Shown here piece after piece: positions 1 through 13,104 of a stretch of DNA of 64,000 nt; the stretch's first letter is position 1, and each line of letters opens with the position of its first letter. The translations under genes were made by a program, and so were the position numbers. The stretch lies in assembly GCF_004010195.1 (NCBI RefSeq), contig NC_057719.1:23183686-23247685 (forward strand), given 5' to 3'. Source of the stretch: Chiloscyllium plagiosum. Taxonomy: Eukaryota. The notes below the pieces were generated by a model, which saw nothing but the letters and a program-made list of their open reading frames with translations, was not told where the DNA came from and did not search any database.

Positions 1-974
1 TTCCACAAGGATCTGTTTTGGGACCACTGCTGTTTGTCATTTTTATAAATGACTTAGACGCAGGCACAGGTGGATGGATTAGTAAATTTGCAGACAACAC
101 TAAAGTCAGTGGAGTAGTGGACAGTTTGAAAGAATGTTACAGATTGCAGGGGGACTTGGATAAACTGTAGAATTGGGCTGAGAAGTGGCAAATGGAGTTC
201 AATGCAGCTAAATGTGAGGTGATGCACTTTGGGAAGAATAACAGGATGGCAGAGTACTTGGTCAATGGAAAGATTCTTGGTAGTGTGGATGTGCAGAGGG
301 ATCTTGGAGTCCATGTACATAGATCCCTGAAAGTTGCCACCCAGGTGGATAGTGCTGTTAAGAAGGCATACGGTGTGTTAGGTTTCCTTGGTAGAGGGTT
401 GAGTTCCGGAACCGCAATATCATGCTGCAACTATACAAAACGCTGGTACGGCCGCACTTGGAATATTGTGTACAGTTCTGATCGCCCCGTTACAGAAAGG
501 ATGTGGAAGCATTGGAAAAGGTGCAGAGGAGATTTACCAGGATGTTGCCTGGTCTGGAAGGAAGGTCTTATGAGGAAAGGCTGAGAGACTTGGGTCTATT
601 CTCATTGGAAAGAAGAAGGCTAAGGGGGGATTTGATAGAGACATACAAGATGATCAGAGGATTAGACAGAGAAAGACTTTTTCTTAGGATGATGACATCA
701 GCCTGTATGAGAGGGCATAACTACGAGTTGAGGGGTGATAGATTTAAGTCAGATGTCAGAGGCAAGTTCTTTACGCAGAGAGTGGTATGGGCGTGGAATG
801 CCCTACCTGCTAATGTAGTCAACTCAGCCACATTAGGGAGATTTAAACAATCCTTAGATAAGCACATGGATGATTTTGGGATAGTGTAGGGGGACGAGCT
901 GAGAATAGTTCACAGGTCGGCACAACATCGAGGGCCGAAGGGCCTGTTCTGCGCTGTATTGTTCTATGTTCTAT
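1..974 (+). mobile_element. CR1-clade LINE 3' portion (RT C-terminus + 3' UTR), frameshifted
   Basis: Encodes PQGSVLGPLLFVIFINDL, FADNTK-like motif, WQMEFN..KCEVMHFG and LERRRLRGDLIETYK; ends in a (GTTCTAT)n tail at ~960-974. Confidence 0.95.
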
Positions 975-1099
975 CCCGATGTTTTGATCAGGATCAGAAA
1001 CCCTGTTTCCTCCCTGAGACAAAATTAAAACTGACCCACTTTTGCTGATTTAGATAAATGGTTTGGAGGTGGTGCTAAGCCAGGGAGAATTGTCAATGG

Positions 1100-1460
1100 T
1101 GAGGATATCCCTGAGCAACTTCAGAGGGACACTGACAAGTTGGTCAAATGGGTAGACAGCTGGAGGATCAATTTAAAGGCAGAAAAATGTGAGATAATAC
1201 ATTTTGGTTGAAGAAACATGGACAGACATCACAGGCTCAATGGTCCAACTTTGAGGGGAGTACAGGAGCAGAGCCTGATTCTGTGAAGCTGGCCATGCAG
1301 CTGTTAAGAAAGTTTCTGGATTCTTGTGTTTATAAACAGATGCACAGAGTATAAAAGCTAGAAAGTGGTGCTATACCTCTACAAATGATTTGTCAGAACA
1401 CGTTTGAAATATTGTGTTCAGTTCTGGGCACCTTATTTGAAGAAGACAGTTAAACCCGAA
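1100..1460 (+). mobile_element. Degraded CR1 RT fragment
   Basis: Decayed match to the LQRDxDKL..W and EYCVQFWAP regions of the other CR1 copies here. Confidence 0.65.
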
Positions 1461-1840
1461 CTGGATGAGAGATCAGCAGGGAGGCTGGAGCTGTAGCCAA
1501 CCAAACCAGCAACTTTCCTGAACACCTATTAGCTTACATGAATTGTGCCCTCTGAAGCCTCCAACTTTAATGGACTCTTTCGAGAGTTCCAAATGTCAAT
1601 TAATTAGTCGTTGGAAAAGTCAATTTTCTCCATAATTCCCTCAAAAGGTTCTGTGTCAGAATTTCCACATGGTCCCAATATGCAGCTTTAGTTCACACTG
1701 TTTCAATGACTCTGTGGTCATTGGAATATCTGGGCTGATGTTTTAGTAGTATTGGGAATTCATACTATGGACAGCGCCATGCGTTATCTTGCTGCTGTCT
1801 CAATACCTTATACTGAACCTGGTCACATTATTTCCTCAGA

Positions 1841-1997
1841 CGTTAAAATTCACACAACCCCAGATTATAGTCTACCTGACAAAGGAGCAGAACTCTGAAA
1901 GCTAGTACTTTAAATAAACATGTTGGACTATAACCTGGTGTTGTATGATTTTTAACTTTGTCCACCCCAGTCCAGCACCAGCTCCTCTACATCATGC
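1841..1997 (+). mobile_element. Short PLE 3'-end insertion (family B) with a partial inverted arm and a decayed hammerhead
   Basis: Matches the 22917-23256 element; ctgacaaaggagcagaactctgaaagctagta; flanked by TTCCTCAGA direct repeats. Confidence 0.75.
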
Positions 1998-2121
1998 TTC
2001 CTCAGAATGTTGTGGTCTGAAACCTCACTTTGTGATATGAACCAGTGGCTATCTTGTTTATTTGCCAAGTTACATGGAGTATTATGAAATACATTCAATT
2101 TCACTGAAAGTTGCATTTCGC

Positions 2122-2560
2122 AGAGGTGATGCCTAGTGATAATGACAATGAACTAGGGAATCCAAAATCGCAGCCTAAAGTTCTGGGGACAATGGTTTGA
2201 ATCCTGCCATGGTAAGCAGTGAAATTTGAATTCACTTAAAGTCTAGAATTAAATAGCTGGACCTAATAGTGACCATCTAGTCACTGTCAATTGTTGAAGC
2301 AAATTTAGTTCCCAAATGTCTTTTAGGGGAGGAAATCTGCCACTCTGTTCTGAGGAAGGGTCACTGGACCTGAAATGTTAACTTTGATTCTCTCACAGAT
2401 GCTGCCAGACCTTTTGAACCTTTCCAGCAACTTCTGTTTTTGAATCTGCCACCCTTACCTGGTTTGGCCTACATATCAAGATGCACATCAATATGGCTGA
2501 ATCTTAACTGCAATAAACACTGGTCTGGTCAGCAATATTTACATCCCATGATTTTTTTTT
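2122..2560 (+). mobile_element. tRNA-derived SINE family 2, interrupted by a PLE end
   Basis: A/B-box-like head (tagtgataat...ggtttgaatcc); body shared with 21316, 35325, 40715 and 63005. Confidence 0.75.
2344..2442 (+). mobile_element. PLE 3'-end insertion (family C) carrying a hammerhead motif
   Basis: gtt CTGAGGA a gggtc actg gacct GAAATGTT aac; TSD AATCTGCCAC at 2334-2343 and 2443-2452. Confidence 0.8.
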
Positions 2561-2924
2561 AAATTGTGCTTTGACTACAATAAGTGGCTTCCTTGCTTTA
2601 CAAGAAAGCTGGGCCCAGTATGATACTGAGTCCATTAAAACTGAAAACCTGTGAGACTATTTTCTGACTGACCTCTTTATTTATTTTCTTTTCTGGCAGT
2701 GAATCTTCCAAGCAGCTTTAAGTTACCATTATCCCATTAGTCAAGCAGCAGCTCACCCCTATGTAAAGGTCGTTGATGCTCTATTCAAGCACTGAGAGGT
2801 TCAAAATTATCTCAGTGGAGTTTACTAAGCAAGCAGAGCTAGTAATTCAATTCTACAAATTTGTGCAAGGAGCAATTGATGAAACACATATGTCATTCAG
2901 AGTCCCATTTATTAATAGCAGGGA

Positions 2925-3410
2925 GATCATTATGGTGTGGTAAAGTACTAGTCTAATGCTTGACTACCATTCTGTAGGCATGCATTCAAATAATTACATG
3001 ACAGTTTATGAGTTCAAACTTGGTTTTAAAAATCCTGACCATCTTATCACTCAACATTTCAGATTCCCCCATCACCATTCTTGGGAATGTCCTGTGCTAT
3101 TGAGATGTGGATGTCACTGGCAAGGCAAGTAAGTTTTACCTAGACACCCTGGGAGAAAGCCTTCTTTTCAAACTGCTTTTGTCCTTCATAACATTTTAAA
3201 ACAACCAAGTGTCTTCATTTACAAAGCTGGCCTCGTGGCGAGCGTGTAATCACTGCTGCCTATTGTAAAAACTAATTTTTCACTAATCCATCCTCCCCTG
3301 TTATGGTTTACATGTGAATCCAGACTTCTAGCAAGGTGATTGGTTCTTATCTGGACTCTGGACAATTTGGGATGCGCAATAAATGCCAACATCTTGTGAA
3401 CATTTTTTTT
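2925..3410 (+). mobile_element. Degraded, interrupted SINE family 2
   Basis: Head remnant at ~2930-3030; body/tail (acatgtgaatccagac...gggatgcgcaataaatgcc) at 3250-3400. Confidence 0.55.
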
Positions 3411-4554
3411 AAAATTTCAGAGCATGCTTGGTGTGAATATAGTGGATTTTACAATAATCAAATATTATGATTATATTTACTCATACCAGCTTAATGTATC
3501 AGATTTTATTAAACTGGTTTCAAATTCTCCATCTGCTATGTTGGGATTTGAATTAAAATTCATTAAATTATTTGTCCAGCTCCCTGAATTGCTATTTCAA
3601 TAAAATAGCTACTACCTTGCTGAGCCTCTATATTATATAAATGTTTGCTACGTGGGAAACTGTTATGACACTTTGATCCTCTAACAGCAGCTCAAAGCTG
3701 TGCAGCAGGCTGGTTGATTGATGATCAAGATATTCCCTGCAGTCAAGGCTAATATTTCCAGCATAGATAGGAGAAGAAATATAATGAGACCCATGAGATA
3801 ACAAAAAAAACACAATAAAACACCTTAATGATAATCTGAAGTCTTGTTTACGTGACTTCAAAATCTCGTGGCGTCCAGTGAGAATGCCAGAATCATTGGA
3901 GCTTGTTCCTTAATGCTGAGGTGAAAAAAGGTTTTTTAGTTTCTGAAGATGAAGAGCCTAGTGATGAACTAGGGGCTGGTCTTTCACCTCTATTAAACAG
4001 TGTCCTTGAAACCAGAAATGATAATTAAAAGATGCATGAACACAGACCCAGAGAAATGAGGTGTTGCCTTATTACTGATAACTTTTTAAAAATTGCAGGT
4101 AAATGGGAAAATAAAGAAGAATTCTATGCTCAAAATGCAGGTTTGGCCAAAATCTATCAGACTTGTTAAGATCTGGGATCACCCAAGAACCTCCACTTTG
4201 CCTAAGTAAACAAAACCTCACTTTTTCCCATTATACATAAGAAAACATCATAGAGAATGTACATTGAATTTTGATTGCAACTAAAAATTGTGCAAAAAAT
4301 TGAAAAGATACATATCAAGAGACTGTCTAAAACAATTTTGTCAATTTTGTCAGAAATCACCCCCTCTGAAGTCAGTCTTGAGCCTTTCCCTAGAAAATAG
4401 ACTGATCACTGTATACAGCTGGCCAAAATAGGAAGAAAATGTAAAACAATTGAAACAAATAAAATAATAAAACAAGAGTGCTAAAAGTATATCGTTATGA
4501 AATTATAACGTTATGAAATAAAATATTTTTATAACTCTGCAAATATGAAAGATG

Positions 4555-4708
4555 GATCAGTGGTGCTGGAAGAGCACAGCAGTTCAGGCAGCATCGAGGA
4601 GCTTCAGCATTTTGCTGAAGCTCCTTGGATGCTGCCTGAACTGCTGTGCTCTTCCAGCACCACTGATCCAGAATCTGGTTTCCAGCATCTGCAGTCATTG
4701 TTTTTACT
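4555..4708 (+). mobile_element. Hairpin mini-PLE (family A)
   Basis: Near-perfect inverted arms centred at ~4610, tail on the right only, 14-bp TSD AAATATGAAAGATG at 4541-4554 and 4709-4722. Confidence 0.9.
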
Positions 4709-4804
4709 AAATATGAAAGATGTTCAATTCTAATACATCTCAATGTCAGCAAATGACAAATTGTCTGTGGACATGTAAAAGAATCAGGAAAAAATGTCAG
4801 GGCC

Positions 4805-4940
4805 ACTTATCTCTTCCACCCTGGATGCTCCCTGCCTTCAGTCCTGATGAAGGGCTTTTGCCCGAAACGTCGATTTTGCTGCTCCTTGGATGCTGCCTGA
4901 CTGGCTGTGCTTTTCCAGCACCACTCTAATCTAGACTCTC
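4805..4940 (+). mobile_element. Neptune-type PLE 3' end (family A)
   Basis: Same sequence as the 3' end of the 23605-24240 PLE fragment. Confidence 0.85.
4840..4875 (+). ncRNA. Minimal type I hammerhead ribozyme motif
   Basis: agtc CTGATGA a gggc tttt gccc GAA ACGT C gatt: intact core, stem II, palindromic stem III, stem I agtc/gatt; predicted cleavage after C4871. Confidence 0.8.
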
Positions 4941-5950
4941 ATTTATCCTGTACTCCCAGTCATGGGAAATATGCATGTTGTGAATCTAAATAATGCTAAA
5001 TAATGCAATCAATGAAATGAGTGACTATTTCAGGAAGAATTCCTTTGCACTCTTTCTTTAATTTCTTAAGTCAATAGGCAAGTTTAATCTACAAGCTGAT
5101 ATATGTGGTTTGTGAAAAATTAAGCACTGGTATAACTTCCAATCCTGGTCTTGTGTTGAATTTGGGTTAAACTTACTCCTCATATTCCTGAGCCCCATGT
5201 AGTTTTCTGGCTTGACAACATTTTTAAAAAATCTTTCACGACAGCTCTCTCTAAATTAATCTTAATAGATCTTTGAAATATTTCTGGCATTTTGAAAGCA
5301 CAGAGTTTATTCTCGAAAAAAAATGTCAGAAGGCTTTGAGGGCAGGTTCAATTTTTAACAGAAGCAAACTTTTGTCAAATCTGGAAATCTAAAGTAAAAA
5401 CAGAAAATATTGGAAATATGCAGCAGGTCAACCTTGAACTGAAAGGTGAGTCCATGGTCTGAATTTTTCCTACTTGGAGACGGGGGCTGAGAAAAGAGTG
5501 CGAGCTATGTCAAAATTGTTCTCTCGGGCTTTGTTGAGCTGCAATTAGAATCAGTTCCTGCTTCATGGCAGCAGACAACTAATTAAGATGGTTAAGGCAC
5601 CAATTGGGGCAATTTTACAATTTTTAGCCAATGCAGAGGTTCTTGGGCCATGTGGAAAATCAATGGAGATGGTTTAATTGCAGCAGGGCAGAGGGGTCTC
5701 TCAGCTGAAGGCCCATGCTCTAGTAGTCAATCTCTGCAAGCAACTGAGTCATCAGACAGTTTCTCTGGAGTGTTTTCCCGTGCCCTCTGTGGAGCATACC
5801 TGTTTTGGCTATCGTCATGTTTTTCTTTCAGGCCACCCCTATGAGGGTATTTCTAGGTTGAGGAGTCCCCATGGTCCCAGAGTTAGTTCAGCAGCAACAA
5901 CTTGTCCCAGTACAGCTGGCAACTCTCTGATTGGGCCAGCAGCATCAGAG

Positions 5951-6091
5951 TTTAGATCAGAATGATGCTGGAAAAGCACAGCAGGTCAGGCAGCATCCTG
6001 CTCCTCGGATGCTGCCTGACCTGCTGTGCTTTTCCAGCACCACTCTGATCTAAACTCTGGTTTCCAGCATCTGCAATCCTCACTTTTGCCT
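5951..6091 (+). mobile_element. Hairpin mini-PLE (family A)
   Basis: Inverted arms centred at ~6002; 13-bp TSD AGCAGCATCAGAG at 5938-5950 and 6092-6104. Confidence 0.9.
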
Positions 6092-6227
6092 AGCAGCATC
6101 AGAGCTTACCCACTGTCCTTAACAAGCAACTAATTAGAAGGGCACCTAATTTGGGGAAAGTTGGTGCCAATTGGCATGCAGCCAGTAAATGCAGGATCAG
6201 CACCTCCATTTAGTCCCCACATCACAG

Positions 6228-6860
6228 AGGATAGTGAAGGCACCATTTGGTATGCTTACCTTTATTGGTCAGTGTATTGGGTATGGGAGTTCGGAGGTCA
6301 TGTCACAGCTGTACAGGACATTGGTTAGGCCACTTTTGGAATATTGTGTGCAGTTTTGGTCTCCCTGCTTTAGGAAGGATATTGTGAAAAGATTCAGAAA
6401 AGATGTACAACTATGTTGCCAGGGTTGGAGGATTTGAGCTATAGGGAGAGGCTGAACAGGCTGGGGCTATTTTCCCTGGAGTATTGGAAGCTGAGAGGTG
6501 TCCTTACAGAGGTTTATAAACTCATGGGGGGGTATCGATAGGGTAAATAGACAAAGTCTTTTCCCTAAGGGTAGCCAGTCCAGCATAGGTTTAAGGTGAG
6601 AAGGGCAAGATTTAAAAGGGACCTAAGGGGCAACATTTTCATGCAGTGTACAGAATGAGTTGCCAGTGGAAGTCATAGAGGCTGGTACAATTACAACATT
6701 TAAAAGGCATCTGAATGAGTGTATGAATAAGGAGCATTTACAGACATATGAGCCAAATGCTGGCAAATGGGACTCGATTAATTTAGGATGTCTAGTCAGT
6801 GTGCACGGGTTGGACTGAAAGGTCTGGTTCCATGCTGTTCATCTCTATGACTCTATGACT
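6228..6860 (+). mobile_element. CR1 (HER1-like) 3' fragment
   Basis: LYRTLVRPLLEYCVQFWSP; (CTCTATGA)n tail. Confidence 0.92.
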
Positions 6861-7549
6861 TTATCACATTCCTACAGCCTATAGCAAAATCCAGTCCACT
6901 ATTTCCAATTGATCCAAGGACACCAACTTGAAACTCGCATTCTATTTCTCTCTTTACATGTGCTGGATGACCTATTGAGGCTTTGCTGTTCATCTCAATT
7001 CTACTTTACTGTCAGTCTAAAATTATAGAAAAAACTTTTAACTGCTAGACCTCCTCAAAGAAATGGGAAACCAAACTTAAAACATTTCTTTTATGAAAGA
7101 AATCTAGTTATGATTTCAACACCGTTATAATTCCAAGCATAGAATGATATTTATTTTGGTTGGAAATCATGCGTCTGTCATTGGAATTGAATTGATATGA
7201 ACCAATGGGATGAAGTTTCAATGACAATCAGCCAAGATTCAAAGACAATCCAGAGACAACAGTCTGTTGAAAATCTCTAGACACTGGTTTCGATTTACAG
7301 CGATGCTGACCTTCAAACGCTGCTGATGAAATATATTAAAGGAAAGGAAGAACTTTAATGCCTATGAGAGAAAACCTCAACAAAATATTCTGTATGTGGA
7401 ATGGAATGGTGGTGTAAATGAGTGCCAGATCCCAGACTCAGAATTACAAAACTGCACTTGGTAAAAGTAAATGGTCTGATATTGATGTATCAGTAAAATA
7501 CTGTTTTGTTTCTCCTTGAATATTGTGGTCTCCAGTAAACGAGAGCATC

Positions 7550-7822
7550 AAAGGGTGAGAGGGGAAAGATTTAAAAGGGACCTTAGGGGCAACGTTTTCA
7601 TGTAGAGGGTGGTGCGTGTATGGAATGAGCTGCCAGAGGAAGTGATGGAGGTTCGTACAATTACAACATTTAAAAAGGCATCTGGAAGAATATATGGATA
7701 AGAAGGGTTTAGAGGGATATAGGCCAAATTCTGGGAAATGGGAGTAGATTAATTAAGATATCTGGTCAGCATGAATGAACTGGACCGAAGGGTCTGTTTC
7801 TGTACATCTCTATGACTCTATG
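7550..7822 (+). mobile_element. CR1 (HER1-like) 3' end
   Basis: FFxxRVVRVWNELP region and ctctatgactctatg tail. Confidence 0.88.
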
Positions 7823-7824
7823 GT

Positions 7825-8490
7825 GTGTATTTTCAAAGATCCGTGAAGGCAGCACAACACAAAGATAAAGTGTTTATGAAAGCATATGAGATACTTGGCT
7901 TTATCAGACAAGGCATTGAATACAAAACCAAGAAGTTTATGTTGGAGCTGTGTGTAACATGATTTAGATCACAGTGCAGTTCTGGTCACCACACCATAAG
8001 AAGGATGTGATCGTACAAGGGAGGGTACAGTAGAAATACACGAGGATGTTGCCTTTCTTCAAATATGAAGAAAGATTGGATAGGCTAGGGTCATTTTCCC
8101 TGGAGCAAAGGAGGCTGAGGGGCACCTGATTGAGGTGTACAAAGTTCTAAGGGGCATAGACATATAGATAGGGAGAAACTTTTCCCCTTAGTAGAGGGGT
8201 CAATAAACAGGGGGAACAGTTTCAAGGTAAGGAGAAGGCAGTTCAGAGTGGATTTGGGAAAAAGATTTCTCACCCACAAGATGGTGGGTATCTGGAACTC
8301 ACCATGTGAATGGCCGGTCGAGGAAGGGAACCCTCAAGATGTTGAAAAGTTATTTACATGAACACTTGAAACACCATGGTATGCAAGGTTTGGCCAATAC
8401 TGGAAAATGGAATTAGAATTATTTGATGACTGGCATAGATACAATGGACTGAAGGGCCTCTTTCAGTTCAGCCAAAACTCTATAACTCAA
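7825..8490 (+). mobile_element. Older CR1 3' fragment
   Basis: KAYxILGFI, QFWSP and LExRRLRG remnants; ggactgaagggcct 3' motif. Confidence 0.8.
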
Positions 8491-9159
8491 AAAATACATA
8501 GCTGGTAAGTCATCCTTTAAACTGTGTTGTGGTTAAACGCCTAACTAGCTTTCTCGATATAATAAGTCCAAACAAATCACTTTAATATTCATTTGCATGT
8601 CACAATTATCTCGGATTCAATTTCCAGGACTCTAGCTATGTGACTTATAGACTCAGCACTAGCAGCATTGTCTAAAACCACTAATTTGAAGATTAAATGA
8701 AAACAAGAGGAACTGAACAAGAAATAAGTATTTTCTTGTCCCAGCAATCATAATCATTTTCTTTCTGCCATGTATTCCTCTCATGTGTTTGAACTTGTCA
8801 AAAACTTATTTGCCCAGTTTAACGTGATCGAATTTCCACTTTATTCTCTCTTCAAACCTCTTTATTTCACAGATTGTTGTATACAATTCAACAATTCTAT
8901 GATTGATGTACTAAATATACCCACTAGGTGATGCACAAGAGTAATTCAGGCAACTTCCGCTGGTAAAGTACCTGCTTCCACTTGACAAAGAACGATCCTC
9001 TTTCTTTGTTCTTCAGTGCAAAGTTAGTGCAAACTCTCCAACATGTTTTCAAAAAATGTTGTCTGTTAGTGTCCACTTCCTATCAATGCAGCATTTTTCA
9101 TGCTTTGTAACCTTTCACAAATACCAACATAAGTCCTTTGTCTCCCTTAACCTTGTATT

Positions 9160-9300
9160 CTGGATTCGAGTGGTGCTGCAAGAGCACAGCAGTTCAGGCA
9201 GCATCCGAGGATGCTGCCTGAACTGCTGTGTTCTTCCAGCACCACTCGAATCAAGAATCTGGTTTCCAGCAACTGCAGTCATTGTTTTTACCTAGTTGAT
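9160..9300 (+). mobile_element. Hairpin mini-PLE (family A)
   Basis: Inverted arms centred at ~9207; 14-bp TSD CTTAACCTTGTATT at 9146-9159 and 9301-9314. Confidence 0.9.
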
Positions 9301-9569
9301 CTTAACCTTGTATTGCAAGGGTAAAGGTTATGATTAAGAGGGTGCAAAACAGAAGGGCCAGAAATCACAGACCATTTGCGACCAAGGATGCAGGAAATAG
9401 AAGCCTGAAGTCTTTGAGTCAGAGTTTTGGGAGCTTGAGAAGAGGTTAAAAAGCACAGCCAATGAAGAACAATTTCTGTTCCTTTTTTCCCAGTGCCACA
9501 CAGTAGCAAGTATAGAAATAACAGGATAAACTAGATTTATATGTTCCAACTGGGATTATATCTCAGTAT

Positions 9570-9696
9570 TCCTGAAGAAGGGCTAATGCCCGAAACGTCG
9601 ATTCTCCTGTTCCCTAGATGCTGCCTGACCTGCTGCGCTTTTCCAGCAACACATTTCCATCTCTGATCTCCAGCATCTGCAGACCTCACTTTCTCC
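9570..9696 (+). mobile_element. Mini-PLE starting at the hammerhead core
   Basis: CTGAAGA a gggc taat gccc GAAACGTC (9572-9599); 14-bp TSD TTATATCTCAGTAT at 9556-9569 and 9697-9710. Confidence 0.9.
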
Positions 9697-9779
9697 TTAT
9701 ATCTCAGTATGACATACTAGCGAGAAATGGAAGATGGTGAGGTTAATGGGAGGTTTGAAGCATAATGGAAGAGTGAAGC

Positions 9780-9995
9780 TAACCTGTGCTTGAGGATTTA
9801 GGATATCTGTGGCAAAAAGCACCTATTCAAAAGGGATGGTTTGCACCTCATAGATAAGAGAGACCAAATGGCCCTCTTCTGAGCTATACCAGTTCTGTGG
9901 CTATAAAAGTGAAGCAGGAAATTGGGCATTAGATTCCTGGGGAACTGGGACCAGCTCTGGAGCAAAAGAGCCTATTCAAGATGGATGGATTGGTA
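9780..9995 (+). mobile_element. Fossil CR1 ORF1 esterase C-terminal fragments
   Basis: ttcaaaagggatggtttgcacctc = FKRDGLHL; a similar decayed copy lies at ~9930-9990. Confidence 0.45.
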
Positions 9996-10957
9996 GACAA
10001 AATAGAAATTGAATGACAGGAGACGTTCAATGAAGGAAGTGTGAGTTGGGAGTAGATATATTCTTATGAGAGATAAAGAAAAGTCTAGACCTCCTTGAAT
10101 GATGAAAGATGATAGAGATTAAAATTAAACAAAAAAAGTATGATAAAAGTAGCACTCACTATACAGTAGAAAATCATGCTGAGCACATAGACAGAGCTAT
10201 AAAAGTAGAGGTGTAGTTCTCTCTGGCCAGGTTATTCAAAAGTCTACCTGTCTGAAGGGTCAGTGAATATCATTCAATCATTCTATGATTTTCCATATAT
10301 CAAATTGCTTTTTGGCCTTTTTGTTCCGAGTTCCTTTTGTGTGTTTAGCTTGATGGCCTTTCACAAATTCCATTTGCTTTTCCATCCTTATTAGTCTGAA
10401 AAAAACATCAAAATGTGAGTTAATAATACAATTTGAAGTACCTTTAAAGTTTATGTGCTCAATAAGCAATTACAAACAAAGGCTTTGACACTGAGATTAT
10501 GGTGCTTACAATCTGTGTGAGATTCATTTTAATGAATTAAACGTTTTGGAAACATTAGTGAAGTGTACATCAATAAATACTTCATACAAGAAAGTTGTGT
10601 CACAGTAAAAAGGCACAGTATTACAGGGAATTGCTGTAAACTCAATTACAGTAATAAACCACTGCATTTGTACTCTTGTCGAAACCTTTGTTTTCAACTT
10701 GTTGCAGTATCACTTTGTTGAGAATTGCCACTAGTAGCAAACTGGGAACAAGCATTTTGTACAGAACTTCTGATGCTACTTCACTCCAGTGCAATAAACT
10801 AATTGGAATACACACAAGAACATGTATCCTGTATGGAGTATCTGGAAACACTTCACCATGGTTCAAAGTTTGGGACACGATTTGTAGCTCGGGTGCTCGT
10901 TGTTGTGGTTCTGTTCACCGAGCTGGGAATTTGTGTTGCAGACGTTTCGTCCCCTGT

Positions 10958-12476
10958 CTAGGTGACATCCTCGGTGCTTGGGACCCTCCTGTGAACCACT
11001 TCTGTGATCTTTCCTCCACCATTTGTAGTGGTTTGAATCTGCCGCTTCCGGTTGTTAGTTCCAGCTGTCCGTTGTAGTGACCGGTATATTGAGTCCAGGT
11101 CAATGTGCTTATTGATTGAATCTGTGGATGAGTGCCATGCCTCTAGGAATTCCCTGGCTGTTCTCTGTTTGGCTTGTCCTATAATAGTAGTGTTGTCCCA
11201 GTCGAATTCCTGTTGCTTGTCATCTGTGTGTGTGGCTACTAAGGATAGCTGGTTGTGTCGTTTCGTGGCTAGTTGGTGTTCATGGATGCGGATCGTTAGC
11301 TGTCTTCCTGTTGGTCCTATGTAGTGTTTTGTGCAGTCCTTGCATGGGATTTTGTACACTACATTGGTTTTGCTCATGTTGGGTATCGGGTCCTTCGTTC
11401 TGGTGAGTTGTTGTCTGAGAGTGGCTGTTGGTTTGTGTGCTGTTATGAGTCCTAGTGGTCGCTGTAGTCTGGCTTTCAGTTCGGAAATGCTCCTGATGTA
11501 TGGTAGTGTGGCTAGTCCTTTGGGTTGTGGCATGTCCTCGTTCCATTGTCTTTCCCTTAGGCATCTGTTGATGAAATTGCGCGGGTATCCGTTTTTGGCG
11601 AATACATTGAATAGGTGTTCTTCTTCCTCTTTTTGCAGTTCTGGTGTACTGCAGTGTGTTGTGGCCCTTTTGAATAGTGTCTTGATGCAACTTCTTTTGT
11701 GTGTGTTGGGGTGGTTGCTTTCGTAGTTCAGGACTTGGTCTGTCTGTGTGGCTTTCCTGTATACCTTTGTGGTGAATTCTCCATTTAGGTGTTCTCTGCA
11801 CCATCACGTCTAGAAATGGGAGTTGGTTGTCCTTTTCTTCCTCTCTAGTGAATCGGATTCCTGTGAGTGTGGCGTTGATGATCCGGTGTGTGTTCTCTGT
11901 TTCAGTGTTTTTAATGATTACAAAGGTGTCATCCACATATCTGACCCAGAGTTTGGGTTGAATTTGCGGTAAGACTGTTTGTTCTAATTTTTGCATTACC
12001 ACTTCTGCTATGAGTCCAGAGATGGGTGAGCCCATGGGTGTGCCATTGATTTGTTCATATATTTGGTTGTTGAATGTGAAGTGTGTTGTGAGGCACAGGT
12101 CCAGTAGTTTGAGTATGCAGTCTTTGTTGATAGGTTCCTGTTGTCTGTTCTGTATGTCCAGCAGGTTGGCTATTGTTTCTCTGGCTAGGGTTTTGTCGAT
12201 AGAGGTGAACAGTGCTGTTACATCGAATGAGACCATGGTTTCTTCCTTGTCTGGGTGTATATTTCTGATGATGTCCAAGAATTCCTGTGTTTACTGTATA
12301 GAATGTCTGGATCTGCTGATCAGGTGTTTCAATTTCTGCTGTAGTTCTTTAGCCAGTTTGTGTGATGGTGTCCCTGGTAGTGATACTATGGGTCTGAGTG
12401 GGATGTCTGGTTTGTGCACTTTAGGTAGTCCATAGAATTGGGGGTGTTGTTGCTTTCAGGTTTCATTCTTTGTAAC
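10958..12476 (-). pseudogene. PLE reverse transcriptase + GIY-YIG endonuclease ORF, 5'-truncated and frameshifted near 11785
   Basis: MVSFDVTALFTSI, QINGTPMGSPIS, WVRYVDDTF and LPFLDV; then VVYKIPCKDCTKHYIG.TGR...RIHEH and REFLEAWHS. Confidence 0.95.
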
Positions 12477-13104
12477 ATACCCGCGCAATTTCATCAACAG
12501 ATGCCTAAGGGAAAGACAACGGAACGAGGACATGCCGCAACCCAAAGGACTAGCCACACTACCATACATCAAGAGCATTTCCGAACTGACAGCCAGACTA
12601 CTGCGACCATTAGGACTCATAACAGCACACAAACCAACAGCCACTCTCGGGCAACAACTCACCAGGACGAAGGACCCGATACCCAGCATGAGCAAAACCA
12701 ACGTAGTGTACAAAATCCCATGCAACGACTGCACAAAACACTACATAGGACAAACAGGAAGACAGCTAACGATCCGCATCCATGAACACCAACTAGCCAC
12801 GAAACGACACGACCAGCGATCCTTAGTAGCCACACACACAGATGACAAGCAACATGAATTCGACTGGGACAACACTACTATTATAGGACAAGCCAAACAG
12901 AGAACAGCCAGGGAATTCTAGAGGCATGGCACTCATCCACAGATTCAATCAATAAGCACATTGACCTGGACCCAATATACCGGCCACTGCAACGGACAGC
13001 TGGAACTAACAACCGGAAGCAGCAGATTCAAACCATTACAAATGGTGGAGGAAAGATCACAGAAGTGGATCACAGGAGGGTCCCAAGCACCGAGGATGTC
13101 ACCT
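12477..13104 (+). pseudogene. Inverted duplicate of the GIY-YIG endonuclease region
   Basis: VVYKIPCNDCTKHYIGQTGRQLTIRIHEH; a 1-bp deletion at ~12918 truncates it at AREF*. Confidence 0.93.

Larger units (their letters stand above)
5456..6897. mobile_element. Possible Harbinger-like non-autonomous DNA element with nested insertions
   Basis: Imperfect terminal inverted repeats GGTCTGAATTTT and AAAATCCAGTCC; similar to the end at 43521. Confidence 0.4.

Noticed and set aside
7130..7500. Codon-like stretch with scattered stops, a possible pseudo-exon
   Set aside because: No identifiable motif; BLASTX would be needed
4555..9300. Palindromic repeats resembling CRISPR repeats, terminators or pre-miRNAs
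   Set aside because: Dispersed, no regular spacers, no cas genes, eukaryotic context; explained by TSD-flanked PLE fold-backs
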